Shown here: positions 22,482 through 35,680 of the stretch, in pieces
Numbering within the stretch: position 1 is the first letter of the stretch
How the letters are laid out: the number at the start of each line of letters is the position of its first letter
Assembly (NCBI RefSeq): GCF_030684315.1
Contig: NC_081367.1
Span: 60,327,414 to 60,391,413 of the forward strand
DNA: 64,000 nt
Source of the DNA: Stegostoma tigrinum
Lineage: Eukaryota
Reading direction: 5' to 3'
The notes under the pieces: generated by a model
Told to the model about the DNA's origin: nothing
Databases searched by the model: none
What the model saw: the letters and a program-made list of their open reading frames with translations, nothing else
Translations under genes and position numbers: made by a program

Positions 22482-25400
22482 CTGAAAGGATGAAAGAATC
22501 GGTTTTTGAATATGAACAATGATATTGTCAACAAAATAACATAGCATTGGGCCCCATATTTTCACATACCTGTTGTGTTGCTAATCTCACCATCAGCGCA
22601 TTCCGCACAGTCAAAACAACATATTGGCTGACCTTTCCTGCTGACCTTTCTTGTTCCGCGAGAACAATGCTCTGAGCAAACAGCACGTGGAATCTATAAC
22701 AAAGGAAATAATAACTGTGTCATCCATATAATGGCGCCACAGCATAACACGCACGGCTATGTTAGTATAACAAGGTGTGGATCTGGATGAACAGAGCAGG
22801 CCAAGCAGCATCAGAGGAGCAGGAAAGCTGACGTTTCGGGCCTGGACCCTTCTTTTCTGGAGAAGGGTCGAGGCAGGAAACGTCAGCTTTCCTGCTCCTC
22901 TGATGCTGCCTGCCCTGCTGTGTTCTTCCAGCTCTACACTTTGTCATCTCAGATTCTCCAGCATCTGTAGTTCCTAGTGTCCCTGGACATGATAGTATTT
23001 TGTCACTGGGAGAGGTATACTGAAAGGCCGGGAATCCGTCACTTTCTCTCGTCCAATTTTTAGCCAAACGTCTTTTGAATGTCGACTGTTCAATGCGTTG
23101 CTACCAACCTCACAGGCAGTGCGTTGAAGATCATGCCAGTTCTCTAGCTATTATAGTTTGCACGTGTGGCCTTAGTGCCATAGCGGCCAACCCTCTGTCA
23201 CGAGAAACGGTGTCCTAATTTCCTCTTTGCCGCATCCAGTCGCGTCAGGCGGTGGTCAAGTATCAGGCCAAAAGATTTAGAGGATCCATGACCTCGATGT
23301 CAGTGGAATACGTCGTGTATGAGCTCAAGTGGTCTTCAAACATCTCCAGCCCAGCAAGGCGAAGCAGCAAACGAACACAATCACTCACTTCACTGATTTC
23401 AGATCCCGGCCATCACAAATGTCAGACTTCAGGAACTCAGTTATCCATCTCACATGAAGTCGCGAAATGGCTGAGTGCAATAGAAACTTCAAACTGTCGG
23501 GTGCAGATAGTACATTTCTTGAAGATTTGCTAAGTATGCCTTGCCTGTCGAACATGTGAATTTCAGTTCCAATCCAGCTAAATATTATCTCTCGTTGACA
23601 CTCGATAGTCAGCAAAATCTTTAAACCAACAGCGCTGTCAGCTCCAGCTCGCTCAAAACTAGAGCTCTCAGCTCCAGCTCGCTCAAAACTACCGCGTAGT
23701 TTGGAATTTTATAATTCGATTTAGATTTTATTGCCATGCGAATTCATGTACAAGGTTACAGGAGTACAGTGATAAGAGTACTGCGTCTCCATTCCCGGGG
23801 CCACTTTAGGTGCAAAATCACCTAGGTGCAAGACTTTAAGTACAAAGCAGAAAAACAAAGGAATATAGATAAATGTACAACACCGTTTCAATAGTTCTTC
23901 TTCAGTGATGAGTAGTTCTGCGCTCGCACTCCCCACAACGAGTTCGATGTCCTCGGCGCTGGGATCGATTTCTTCCGCTTTCAGCTGGATCTCCCGGGCT
24001 TGTTGCTACTGCCGATGTCAGTAGAACTCGGTCTGCTTGCTCTCGACGGCATATATACCGGGTAGGAGGTAGGGAGGGGGGATCTGTCGCTTCTGCTCTG
24101 GACCGGTTATTCGACGCGTTGATCTCGTTCTCTCGCCCTCCCCCACGCTGGCGCCCTTACCTCCCCGGTGGGCTCGCGCTGTCTCCAAACCCCCAGCCAT
24201 CAACCCCTACTCCGTCCAAGCGCTATCTCACAATCCCCCGCACTGACGCGATCTCTCCACAATAGGTAATTCGATTAAAACAAGAAACAATAATAAAAGC
24301 GCTCGATCGACTCTGTTCAGGAGCCTGCACGCTGCGCTGCTAGTCGTCCACTGTCTTGGAGATCTAAACTGAAACAGAATAGTGTTTAATTTAATTTACT
24401 GTCGCTCAGATAATGAAGAAGTCCCACTCACATGCACGAATACCTGGATAGCATCCAGCCTTATTAATATTACTATTGAATAATATACATGCCATGCAAG
24501 TGCCAGGCCCTGACCATTTGCCTAACGAAATAGCAGAAATTCACAACTGCCGTCCAAGACACGCACGTCTTTGGATTGTCGCCTAATTGCCCTTATTTCT
24601 TCAACATTCTGCTTTCCACAACACTGGAGATGGACCATTACGAGGTGATTGTGGTGCTTGTAGAAGAACGTTCACAAACGTTTTCTCAGCAGTAATTAGG
24701 AATCAATCCTTTGCTTGCCTACTACTCACACGGAACTCTCAAACTAAAATAAAGTTACAGAGATATTTAAGTAATTAAATGCTGTACTAATTTACTAACG
24801 CTTCGCTGAAAAAATGTGCAATTAAATATGCATCCTTCTATGACGGCTTTTAAATGAATAACATTGGGCAAAATATCAACAACATGGTTGTCCTGTTAAA
24901 ATCTTAATGAATGCATAGTCAGGTTTCGTACTTTTAAAACAAAATATGAAACACAATTTTGAACAGCACTGTTTTAATAAAATACACATTTGACATCCAG
25001 AATGTTCTTAATACGTTTGTAGAAAACCGAAGAACAGTATCAGACAGCAGAGATTGCAAAATAATTGCATTAACACGGGCGATTCCTTTCTAGTGTACAC
25101 ATCAACCTTGAAGTAGTGGTTAATGAAAACAAAAATAAACAAAAATAAAATTGCTGGAAAAGCTCAGCAGGTCTGGCAGCATCTGTGGGGACAATTTAGT
25201 GTTAACGTTTCCTGTCGATTGACCCATCTTCAGAACTGATGGCAGCTAAGGAAAATATCACTTTACATGCAGAAGATAAGGTGGGAGGAGGAGGAATGGA
25301 GTAAATGATAGGTGGAGATAGATCCCAAAGAGAGAGAAGAACGGTAGGACAGACAAAGTTTTAGATAAGATCTGTCTAGAAGGGTGAATAGCTATTAGTG

Positions 25401-28400
25401 GGGACAGCAGACTATGAGTTAACAAGGCCTGATACGCGGGGCTTGGGGTACAGACATGAGAGAGCTCAAGCCCGAAATTCCAGGAGGCTGTCCCCCAAGG
25501 GGAAAATGAGGTGTGAGTGATAATGGGAACTGCAGATGCTGGAGAAACCAATGTAATAAAATCTGAGGCTGGATGAACACAGCAGGCCAAGCAGCATCTC
25601 AGGAGCGCAAAAGCTGACGTTTCGGGCCTCGACCCTTCATCAGAGAGGGGGATGGGGTGAGGGTTCTGGAATAAATAGGGAGAGAGGGGGAGGCGGACCG
25701 AAGATGGAGAGAAAAGAAGATTGGTGGAGAGGAGAGTATAGGTGGGGAGGTAGGGAGGGGATAGGTCAGTCAAGGGAAGACGGACAGGTCAAGGAGGTGG
25801 GATGAGGTTAGTAGGTAGGAGATGGAGGTGCGGCTTGAGGTGGGAGAAAGGGATGGGTGAGAGGAAGAACAGGTTAGGGAGGCAAAGACAGGCTGGACTG
25901 GTTTTGGGATGCAGTGGGTGGAGGGGAAGAGCTGGGCTGGTTTTGGGATGCGGTGGGGGAAGGGGAGATTTTGAAGCTGGTGAAGTCCACATTGATACCA
26001 TTGGGCTGCAGGGTTCCCAAGCGGAATATGAGTTGCTGTTCCTGCAACCTTCAGGGGGCATCATTGTGGAACTGCAGGAGGCCCATGATGGACATGTCAT
26101 CTAAAGAATGGGAGGGGGAGTGGAAATGGTTCGCGACTGGGAGGTGCAGTTGCTTATTGCGAACCGAGCGGAGGTGTTCTGCAAAGCAGCCCCCAAGCCT
26201 CCACTTGGTTTCCCCAATGTAGAGGAAGCCACGCCGGGTACAATGGATACAGTATACCACATTGGCAGATGTGCAGGTGAACCTCTGCTTAATATATGGA
26301 AAGTCATCTTGGGTCCTGGGGTAGGGGTGAGGGAGCAAGTGTAGCATTTCCTGCGGTTGCAGGGGAAGGTGCTGGCTGTGGTAGGGTTGGAGGGCAGTGT
26401 GGAGTGAACAAGGGAGTCACAGAGAGAGTGGTCTCTCCGGAAAGCAGACAGGGGTGGGGATGGAAAAATGTCTTGGGTGGTGGGGTCGGATTGTAGATGG
26501 CAGAAGTGTCAGAGGATGATGCGTTATATCCCAAGGTTGGTGGTGTGGTGTGTGAGAACGAGGGGGATCCTCTTTGGGTGGTTGTGGCGGGGGCGGGGTG
26601 TGAGGGATGTGTTGCGGGAAATACGGGAGACGCGGTCAAGGGCGTTTGCGACCACTGTGGGGGGAAAGTTGCGGTCCTTGAAGAACTTGGACATCTGGGA
26701 TGTGCAGGAGCAGAATGCCTCATCGTGGGAGCAGATGTGGCAGAGGCAGAGGAATTGGGAATAGGGGATGGAATTTTTGCAGGAGGGTGGGTGGGAGGAG
26801 GTGTATTCTAGGTAGCTGTGGGAGTCGGTGGGTTTGAAATAGACATCAGTTACAAGCTGGTTGCCTGAGATGGAGACTGAGAGATCCAAGAAGGTGAGGG
26901 ATGTGCTGGAGATGGCCCAGGTGAACTAAAGGTTGGGGCGGAAGGTGTTGGTGAAGTGGATGAACTGTTCGAGTTCCTCTGGGGAGCAAGAGGCGGCGCC
27001 GATACAGTCATCAATATAACGGAGGAAGAGGTGGGGTTTGGGGCCTGTGTAGGTGCGGAAGAGGGACTGTTCCACGTAACCTACAAAGAGGCAGGCATAG
27101 CTGGGGCCCATGCGGGTGCCCATGCCACCGCCTTTGTCTGTCATCAGATGAACGGTGTAGGCCCGAAACGTCAGCTTTTGTGCTCCTGAGATGCTGCTTG
27201 GCCTGCTGTGTTCATCCAGCTTCACACTTTATTATCTTGGATTCTCCAGCATCTGCAGTTTTCATTAAGACTGAATGCAAAGTTGAATTCGCATGACGTT
27301 CCTTACATAAATTATGCAGAATCTGCACTCCATGAAAGCTTAAGCTAACACTCTATATTCAGCATCAGCATCATAAACATCATTGAATTTCTCTCCTGGC
27401 AGTTTCAGTATTGTCTCATTAAATCCATCTATGTCATTCCTTCAAGGGCAATTTTGGGGTTACAAGTCAATATTCTCTGAGTACGTTGACTACATTTATG
27501 ATTGAATTGCATGTATTTTCTTCAAGTCTATTCTGTGAAGGACTTGTATTTTAGCAAAATCTTCTATCAGCTCACAACACTGAACAAAAATAAGCTTGAT
27601 GATGAGCGAGAAAAAACTTCAACAGAGTTGAACAGAGTTTTCAGCAGAAACGTAACAGCGCCAGCAGCATGCCCAAAGAGCAAATAGAGCCAACATTTCC
27701 AAACCAGAGACCAATTTTTTTGGCTCCAGGCTTTCCAGATAGAAATAAATAATGCATGCAAAAATATACCAATTCCATGAAGGATTAAATGCAGGAGAAA
27801 TTAAAAAAACTAATGAATAGATTTCACTTTAAGTTAAGGAAAATCCCAAAACCTTTGATTCATACACAAGGAGCAAGAGGATAACTAGAGAAAGGGTTGG
27901 CCAACTCAAGGGCAAAGGAGGGAATTTATGCAAGAATTCAGAGATAGTGAGTGAGATTCTTAATGTGTACTTTGCTTCACTATTCACCGAGGAGAAGGGC
28001 ATGGTGGATGTTGGGTTTCAGGATAGATGTTTGATTATTCTAGACCAAGTCAGCATAAGGATGGGGAAAACGTTGGATATTCTAAAAGGTATTAGAGTGG
28101 ACAATTCCCCAGGTCAGGATGGGATCTATCCCAGGTTTCTGAGGAAAGTGAGAGAGTAAATTGCTGGGGCCTTAACAGATATCTTTGCAGCATCCTTGAG
28201 CACACGTGAGGTCCCGGAGGACTGAAGAATTGTTAATGTTGCGCCCTTGTTTAAAAGGGGTAGCAAGGATAACCCAGGTAAATATAAACTAGTGAGTCTG
28301 ACGGCAGTGGTGGGGAAGCTGCTGGAGGAGATACTGAGGGATAGGATCTATTTACATTTGTAAGAAAATGAGCTTATTAGTGTTAGGCAGCATGGTTTTG

Positions 28401-31400
28401 TGCAGGGAAGGTCATGTCTTACCAACTTGATAGAATTTTATTTGAGGAAGTGACAAGTTGATAGATGTCATATACATGGACTTTGGTAAAACATTTGATA
28501 GGGTCCACCATAGTACACTGACGGAGAAAATGAAGTCACATGGAGCCCAGAGTGTATTGGTTAGATGGATAGAAAACGGGCTGAGCAACAAGAGACAGAA
28601 GAGACAGTGAAGGGAGTTTCTCAAAATGGAGAACTGTGACCCGTGATATTCCATCCGTGTTGGGACCACTGTTGTTTTATGACAGGCATACGTGATCTGG
28701 AGGATGGTATAGATGGTCTGATTAGCAAGTTTACAGATGACACTAAGATTGGTGGAGTGGCAGATATTGAGGGGACTGTCAGAGAATGTAGCAGAATATA
28801 GATAGATTGGAGAGTTGGGCGGAGAAATGGCAGATGGGTTTCAATCCAGGCAAATGCGAGGTGATGCATTTTGGAAGATCCAATTCAAGAGTGAAGTATA
28901 CAGTAAATGGAAAAGCCCTGGGGAAAACTGATGAGCAGAGAGATCTAGGTGTTCAGATCCATTGCACCCTGAAGGTGGCAATGCAGGTGGATAGAGTGGT
29001 CAAGAAGACATACATCATACTTTCATTCATCAGACGGGGTATTGAGTACAAGAGTTATCAGATCATGTTACAGTTGCTTGAACTTTGTTTTGACCACATT
29101 TGGAATATTGCATGCAGTTCCGGTTTCCACATTACTGAAAGGATGTGAATGCTTTGGTGACGGTGCAGAGGAGGTTCACCAGGATGTTGCCTGGTATGGA
29201 GCGTGCTAGCTATGAAGAGAGATTGGGTAGATTAGGATTATTTACACTAGAAAGACGGAGGTTGGCGGGGGGTACCTGGTTGAGGTCTACAAAATCATAA
29301 GGGGTATAGACAGGTTTCATAACAAGAAGCATTTTCTTGGTGTGGAGGACTCAATTACTGGGGGTCACGATTTCAAGGTGAGAGGGGACAAGTTTAAGGG
29401 AGATATGCGTGGAAAGTTCTTTCAGCAAAGGGTGGTGGGTGCCTGGAACGTGTTCCCAGCGGAGGTGATAGAGGCCGGCACGATAGCATCATATAAGATG
29501 TATCTAGCCAGGGACATGAATGGGCAGAGAACAGAGGGATACAGATCCTTGGAAAATAGGTTTAGGGTTTAGATAGAGAATCCGGATCAGCGCAGGCTTG
29601 AAGGGCCGAAGTGATAATTTTCTTTGTGCAGTAATTTTCTTTGTTCTTTGTTCTTTATTCACTTCGGCTGCTTTGCAAAAAAAGGAAAGCGTTTCGAAAT
29701 GGAGAATGGAAACTGCATTCCGACTTTTGAAACGCTTAAAATAATAGCAGTGAGAGGAGGATCAAAATCTGAGTTTGAGGGGTTAAACGGAAGAAGTGAA
29801 AATAGGAACAGGTGCTCCGCAAAACAACTCAGCTGTGTGTAAAACCAAGGCTGCAAGAAAGGACAATGCATAAAGGCATGACCGATTAAACCAGTGGCCT
29901 AATGGCTCACAGAAACAAATGCGCTCCTTTTCAATTTTTCGCATCTAAACGGAACGTTTTTTAACCATGGTTTTTCCGTGATAATCGTAAGGGAAATACC
30001 TGTTTACTACTCGAGCTCCACACGATATCTCCGATATTCAGGACAAATTCTTGCCCCTCTGCTGCTGAACCGTCATAATATCCAACTTTTACAACTTCAA
30101 GTGATCCTTCTGCATTCATTTGTAAATTTATTAAGTCATACATTGGTACTGGATCGCCATTTTCGTCAAAATACACGATTTCCCCAGTGCGTGCAGTGAA
30201 ATTTACCGAATGCAGATAGTGCAGCAGCTGAAGAAGAGTAATAAAAGGCATTTAAATCGTTCCCTGCCATTTGATATAGACATTAAAATTCATTTAAAAT
30301 ATTGACAACGATAGTTTAGAAATGAATGATTTCACAATTTAACATCCAGAGAGGAACAAATCAAGTTTGGAGATCAACATTTTCCATTTTTGCGAGTTTC
30401 GTTGATCATTCCGACATTCAACTCTCAACATTGGCGCGAACGAGTCCAAGAATTATATGGAATCTAGTTCCACGACTGAGATTTGAGTGACAGTGCAGTG
30501 TGTCGGAGTGACATATTTTAAATGAAACATTCCAATGAGAGATAAGGCCCTACAATATAGTAAAAAGACAAAACTCGCCAAAAGCCGTCCAACAACAAAA
30601 ACTAACACCAATACTCGGAGCATTTGTCACTTTGTTACTATTAGTACCTCCTTGGCTACAACTTAGCTTATTTCCGATTTCAACTCCAGAACAGTGACTA
30701 AACCTCGCCAGCACTTAACTGTCAATAGAATGCTGCTGAAGAGCTTCAAGCTTGGGCGGTCTTTGCAATAATGTATATATCTTTGTTCTCTACCTTTCTG
30801 CGTGATTGAGTTGGAATTTTTTTGTGTTAAATTCTAATTTTGATACATAATTGTCTTATTGGCATACTTATCTCTCAATTTCTGAAGGGAGCCCGATTGT
30901 TACAATGGAGCTGCGATAAAAACCCAAGTGTAAATAAAACAGCACACACTTCAAAGCTTGGTGGCATCAATGTGATCGATCTGAAAGAAAATGAAATATT
31001 TTCCTACCTGCCAGGGTTGAAAACTTGAAATTTTGGCGCAGGTGTTGTTTATGAAGGGGCCATTCCCTTCTTCGCAGGACAGCATATCATCAAGTGCATG
31101 AGCGACAGCATAGACTGCTTTGTACACATGGTAGGAACTTCCGTCCATTATAGCTGGAAGGTAGGTATTTTCTAGTCCATCTAAATGTTCATTCCCTGAA
31201 CATGGCCGCTCTTGAAATGCAGAACTTCGAATCTCCGTCGTGTCGTCCGATGTTAAAGAGCACGAGAATAGACTTTCCCAAAACTCCTTCACAAAAATAC
31301 TGTCAGGAAACCTAGAAGGATGAATTTTCAGGAGGTGATCTCTGAGGCCAGCTAATTCTATCCTACGGGTCGTTGGACCAATGGCTCCAACGCGAGCCTT

Positions 31401-34400
31401 CGCACCTTCTACAGATATCAATGTATCTCCTGTAAGCCATCCTTCAGTTCCGATCCACTGTATCCCCGTTACATTTTGGCGCAAAATCTCCTGAATTAGC
31501 ACTCGCATATCTCTTTTTTGCAAGAATCCAACCACAACCCTTGTGGTCGCCTCTCTCATCACCTGCACTATTTTGCTGATTTTGTCGGCCGGATCGGTTC
31601 TGTAAAAAGATTCAGAGTACGCGATGCAAACCCCAATTTTTTGGGCCTCTTCGATAAATGTTCTCATCCCAAAATTCCCGTAATCGGTGTTGCTTCTAAC
31701 TGTCCCAATCCAATTCCAACCAAAGGTTTTCACGAGTTTAGCAAGAAGCTTGGACTGATATTTGTCGCTGGGTATCGTTCTAAAAAAAGTCGGGTATTCT
31801 TGCTTATCGCTCAGACAGGCGCATGTAGCGAAATAACTAATCTGCAGAAAATGGGTAAATATATGTAAATATTCTTTCATTGTTTTTTAAAATAACTTTA
31901 AAAATGTACACACCTATACCTTCAGTATGAATGTATTTTTTTGTTTGCGAATTTTATTAAATGCAATGTTAAGTATGTCGGCTTATGATTGAAAATAATC
32001 AAACAAAGTCAATCATTTGCCGAGTTAAAAATAAAAGATATGGCAAGCTGAAATTTTCCAGTGGCTCCATGAGACCTACCTTCCTGAAGGAACCAGTCGA
32101 ATGTTCTACCGGAATTATAAAGATTGTCTCAGTCTGAAAAAAAAGCGCCTTTCTTTTGACGATGGGAGCGTCTCTACACGTTGTGAATATGCCCTCATGA
32201 GCAAACTGAAGTTATGTGGCAGTGTTTGTATACTGGCAATATTATTAGATAAGTAAACTATAACACAGGTTTGTGGGGATTTGGGTTTACATCCCGCCTG
32301 GCAGATGTGGAAATTTGAATTCAATGAAGTATGCAATAAACAAAAAGTTGCCATGACGATATTTTGGGCACCGTGGCTCAGTACTTAGCACTGCTGCCTC
32401 ACGGTGTCAGGGAAGTGGTTTCGATTTCACCTTTGGATGACTAACTGTGCAGAGGGTTTAAATTCTCCTCGTGTCTATGTGGTTAGTTGGATTGTCCACG
32501 CCAAATTGCCCCATTGTGTACAACAATGCACAGGCAAGGTGGTAACGTGATATATGATGAGATAGGGATGGAATGCTCTTCGGGGGGTCGGTGCCTACTC
32601 CATGGTTCAAATAGTCGCTATTTGAATGGTAGAGTGTGATTCGAACGGTATTGGAAATATGCAGTCTATGCTGGACACTTTACCATCGGAATCCCGAACG
32701 TTCCAACTGTCCTTGCGGCTGCTATGGAGGACGTGGATGAATCACAGCCAATAATGGCTGCGACATTGGAAGAACCTTTACATTCAGGGTACTCAATTAA
32801 TTCTTGCTCTCCATTCACCAAAGCCAGCGCTGCTTTGGACGCTATTGCGGAGATCGAGCAGTCGTCGTAGATCTCATACCCCAGCGTGATATTCGGAAGT
32901 ACCGTTTTACTCCTGTTTATTTCTTCGATAGCAAAAATCATGGTCTGCATCAGGCGAAAGCTTGCGATATCAAAACTGCGGGTGAGATGTGAGAGGAAAT
33001 AATATGCATATCATATTCACCATCCAATTACGCGGTTTCGATTCACCCAGATCTACGAAACCCGCTGAGACTCTCACCTCAATTGAGAACAGCATGGTAA
33101 ACGCAAATTCCAATAAACCGACTTACACTGGACCTTACGGTTTGTCTGAAAGACCTTCTTGGGAATCAATGATCACGATCCAGCTGGATCAAATCAGTGA
33201 GCAAAGTTGGGCCGATTTTTGGCTACATGCTGAGCTTAATACGCTGCTTCTTATCAGGTTTGCAAGTGTTTAAAAGGCTCTACGCCAGGGGGACTGTCAA
33301 ATCAGCACCGACACTCCCAACCTCATGCCGGCACCCATAGCAACTGACAGGCAAAGCGGCTGAAGACCCACAACTTTCGTTACCCTGGTATTCTGCATGT
33401 ATAAGGTGCAATATCCGGCCGATAAAGGTACCCGTTTGAGACCTAGGCTCCGCTAACATCCGCGACACCAGCATTACTAATATCCATCATCCCACTATGC
33501 ATCAACGTCCAATCTGTTCATCAGCCAGCTTGCCCCACGCTACCCAAAGCCAGAGTTGATCTTCTCTACCCCACACTCCCCTTGCCCTTTTCTCCGATTG
33601 ACAGGATTGAAGAGCTACTATTGAATCGCTGAATGAGTGAATGCATCCGTGCAAATGCCTACAAATACGGAGAGGCAAACGAGACAACTGGAAACGATTA
33701 CAAACTCCGACAAATGTTTGCAAACAACTATTTGTACCTTAGGAAACTTAGAAATGCTTAAAACAATTTAACATGCCCACAGCATCACAGAATTAAACAC
33801 TACTCGGCGAAGACTGAAAACTGCGCAATCCTTACACTCATGGCTTCCTCCAACGATCTGAAATGGAATGCAGCTCCGTGACGTACGTAACCTGCTACCG
33901 ACCCCTGCCATTGCTTCGATTATTACTGAGCGCAGACAAGAAGTTCCAGTGCCGAACCAAAATCACAAGCTGGGAGTGTAGTTTAGAATATGTTCAACAG
34001 TCTACATCATCGCTTTGCTCCTGACCAAAAAGTGCGTATCTGTATCGGTAATGTTCATAAATTGATGGCCTGTTGTGATATATTCCAATGTAGAATGGGG
34101 CATCCTCTCTCTATCTACTCTTTCAAAGCCTTTCATCGCAGTAAGTGCTCTGTTAGGTCACTCTCTGCTTTCTTTTCCAAGGGAAATAAGCGCGCGCGTC
34201 AATCTCTTTCTGATATATTTATCCAAACGTTTTCGCCATTATCCTTGTAATCATCTCAGCAGCATCCCCATTCTATCAGATGTCTAATAAGTTGAAAAGA
34301 ACTGCACGAGGCACACTTAGTGCGTCTAACCAGTGTTCAATGCAGATTTATCAGAATCTTCTCAAGAATCTATTTTAACTCTATTGAAATGAAACTTATT

Positions 34401-35680
34401 GTTTTGGTTCGCTTTAGTAATCACATTCCAAACAAGTGACATAGCATTTAGTCACTCGTCGAATTGTAATTCAGAATCTTTTTCCTTTCCTTTGCCTAGA
34501 CAAGAAACTGCAATGTCATCAGTGATCTCTCTTCGTAGCTAAATGTGTTATCTCATAATTCTTTGCTCAAAGTAATTGCATTCACTTGCCCGCTTTACAA
34601 TTTTTAAAATGTCCCTTGCAATCGGCACAGTATACAAGCACTAGATCCCCAGGATCATACGCGTCTTTAGAAATTGTGTTTTGGATTCTGTCCAAATCGT
34701 TACACGTTTGCTGAATATTGCTCAGATTTTATTTCCAGATAAACACAAAACATTGCCTAAAGGATTCCAGTAACATCACCAATGGGACGCAGCGTATTTC
34801 TAATTAACACCCAGGTCGTTTATATTCCGTATAGTTCCGAGGTATTGCACATAGAGTTTCAGACTCCTTCGTAGGGTTCTTTCGGCTACGTTGCCATTTT
34901 TACAGAGCAACAACGATTTTTTAAAAATCACCAATAAGTTCATGCTGTTACAACTGAACGTAGTTTCCTGAAACAAACATGAAGAAAATTACTGGAGAAA
35001 CTCAGCAGTATCTGTGGAGAGAGGAGCAGAGTCAACATTTCAAGTCTGTTATGGTCCTGTTTGAGAACTCATTTTGTCGGTACCTCGTGTGCAATATCAA
35101 AATGAAATTCGACGTGATGGAATAACGTAGACACCGAAGAATGGATATTATTCTGCAGAAGTACTCAGCCTAATCAAAATATTAGACCCTTATCATGTTA
35201 AGGACAAAGACAAAACTGTTTAACTACTACAATTGGTGAATGCCCGCTGAATTCAGAAAGTTATTTGGAATGTGTGGTTATGAGAAATCAGGATTTCTTC
35301 ATTGTCTACTGCTCTGTCCTCAGATGTGCGGGTTGAGTGGATTGGTCTTGCTAAATACGAGGCTACCGAGAAGAAGTGGGGCTCTTGAGCTGGGTGGGCG
35401 GCCCTTCAGAGAGATCGAATACCTCATTCCGCATTGAAGAAATTCTGCGATTCTATGGTTCTTTGACCTACCTTTCACAATATGTGTCTGGTGGACTAAC
35501 GGCAAATGAAGGAAAATCATGAATCACATCTAAATGTGCTGCGAAAATCCCGCCCACGACAATATCACCATCTTCAGACAAAGTTGGCAAATCACCTTTT
35601 GCTCGAGGCGTGCAAACCATTCCAGGTGATTCCCGTGTAGGCACAATAGTTAGCAAAATGAATATCAGAAACAAAGTCAT
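21574..35680 (-). CDS. V2R/OlfC-family class C GPCR, paralogue B, 864 aa: complement(join(21574..22481,22570..22693,30000..30227,31008..31841,32684..32975,35472..35680))
   Basis: Same motifs and exon lengths as A. GT-AG introns, and no stop seen in the spliced frame. Confidence 0.95.
22570..22693 (-). CDS. Paralogue B exon 5
   Basis: 124 nt, donor gtatgt. Encodes [41 protein letters not shown]. Confidence 0.93.
22769..22988. mobile_element. Short self-complementary PLE-derived insertion with a TSD of about 10 bp (ATGTTAGTAT/ATGATAGTAT)
   Basis: Inverted arms of about 85 nt centred near 22855. Absent at the homologous site in A. Confidence 0.85.
23638..23691. repeat. 24-nt direct repeat (tcagctccagctcgctcaaaacta x2, 6-nt spacer)
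   Basis: Directly visible in the sequence. Confidence 0.9.
25140..25514 (-). mobile_element. Older PLE terminal-repeat fragment, truncated by the younger PLE next to it
   Basis: ttgctggaaaagctcagcaggtctggcagcatctgtg...gttaacgtttc, the same family as 49240-49998. Confidence 0.7.
25515..27270 (-). mobile_element. Penelope-like retroelement (RT C-terminus and GIY-YIG endonuclease, frameshifted) with inverted terminal repeat
   Basis: Encodes [18 protein letters not shown]...[17 protein letters not shown] and NVVYCIHC...LYIGETK. About 25520-25630 is inverted relative to about 27160-27268. Confidence 0.92.
25616..25643 (-). ncRNA. Minimal hammerhead ribozyme core in a PLE terminal repeat
   Basis: Minus strand reads CUGAUGA A GGGU CGAG GCCC GAAA CGUC. 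Confidence 0.6.
27830..29657 (+). mobile_element. CR1-type LINE, 5'-truncated, with a (TTCTTTG)n tail and a 7-bp TSD TTCACTT
   Basis: RT remnants ([34 protein letters not shown]). The TSD is at 27823-27829 and 29658-29664. The site is empty in A at about 10060. Confidence 0.92.
30000..30227 (-). CDS. Paralogue B exon 4
   Basis: 228 nt. Encodes [25 protein letters not shown]...WSSSSKQ. Confidence 0.93.
31008..31841 (-). CDS. Paralogue B exon 3
   Basis: 834 nt. Encodes ISYFATC...FQPWQ, within ORF 30951..31880. Confidence 0.94.
32684..32975 (-). CDS. Paralogue B exon 2
   Basis: 292 nt, donor gtaaag. Encodes [20 protein letters not shown]...FGIPM. Confidence 0.93.
35472..35680 (-). CDS. Paralogue B exon 1
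   Basis: 209 nt, donor gtaggt. Encodes [14 protein letters not shown]...GDIVVGGIF. Confidence 0.92.

Noticed and set aside
22769-22950. Recurrent near-identical repeats that might suggest a CRISPR-like array
   Set aside because: They are dispersed or inverted PLE terminal repeats in eukaryotic DNA, with no regular repeat-spacer period and no cas genes.
25258-26811. Many overlapping Pro/Ser- or Gly-rich ORFs
   Set aside because: They are alternative frames of the purine-skewed PLE terminal repeat and coding region.
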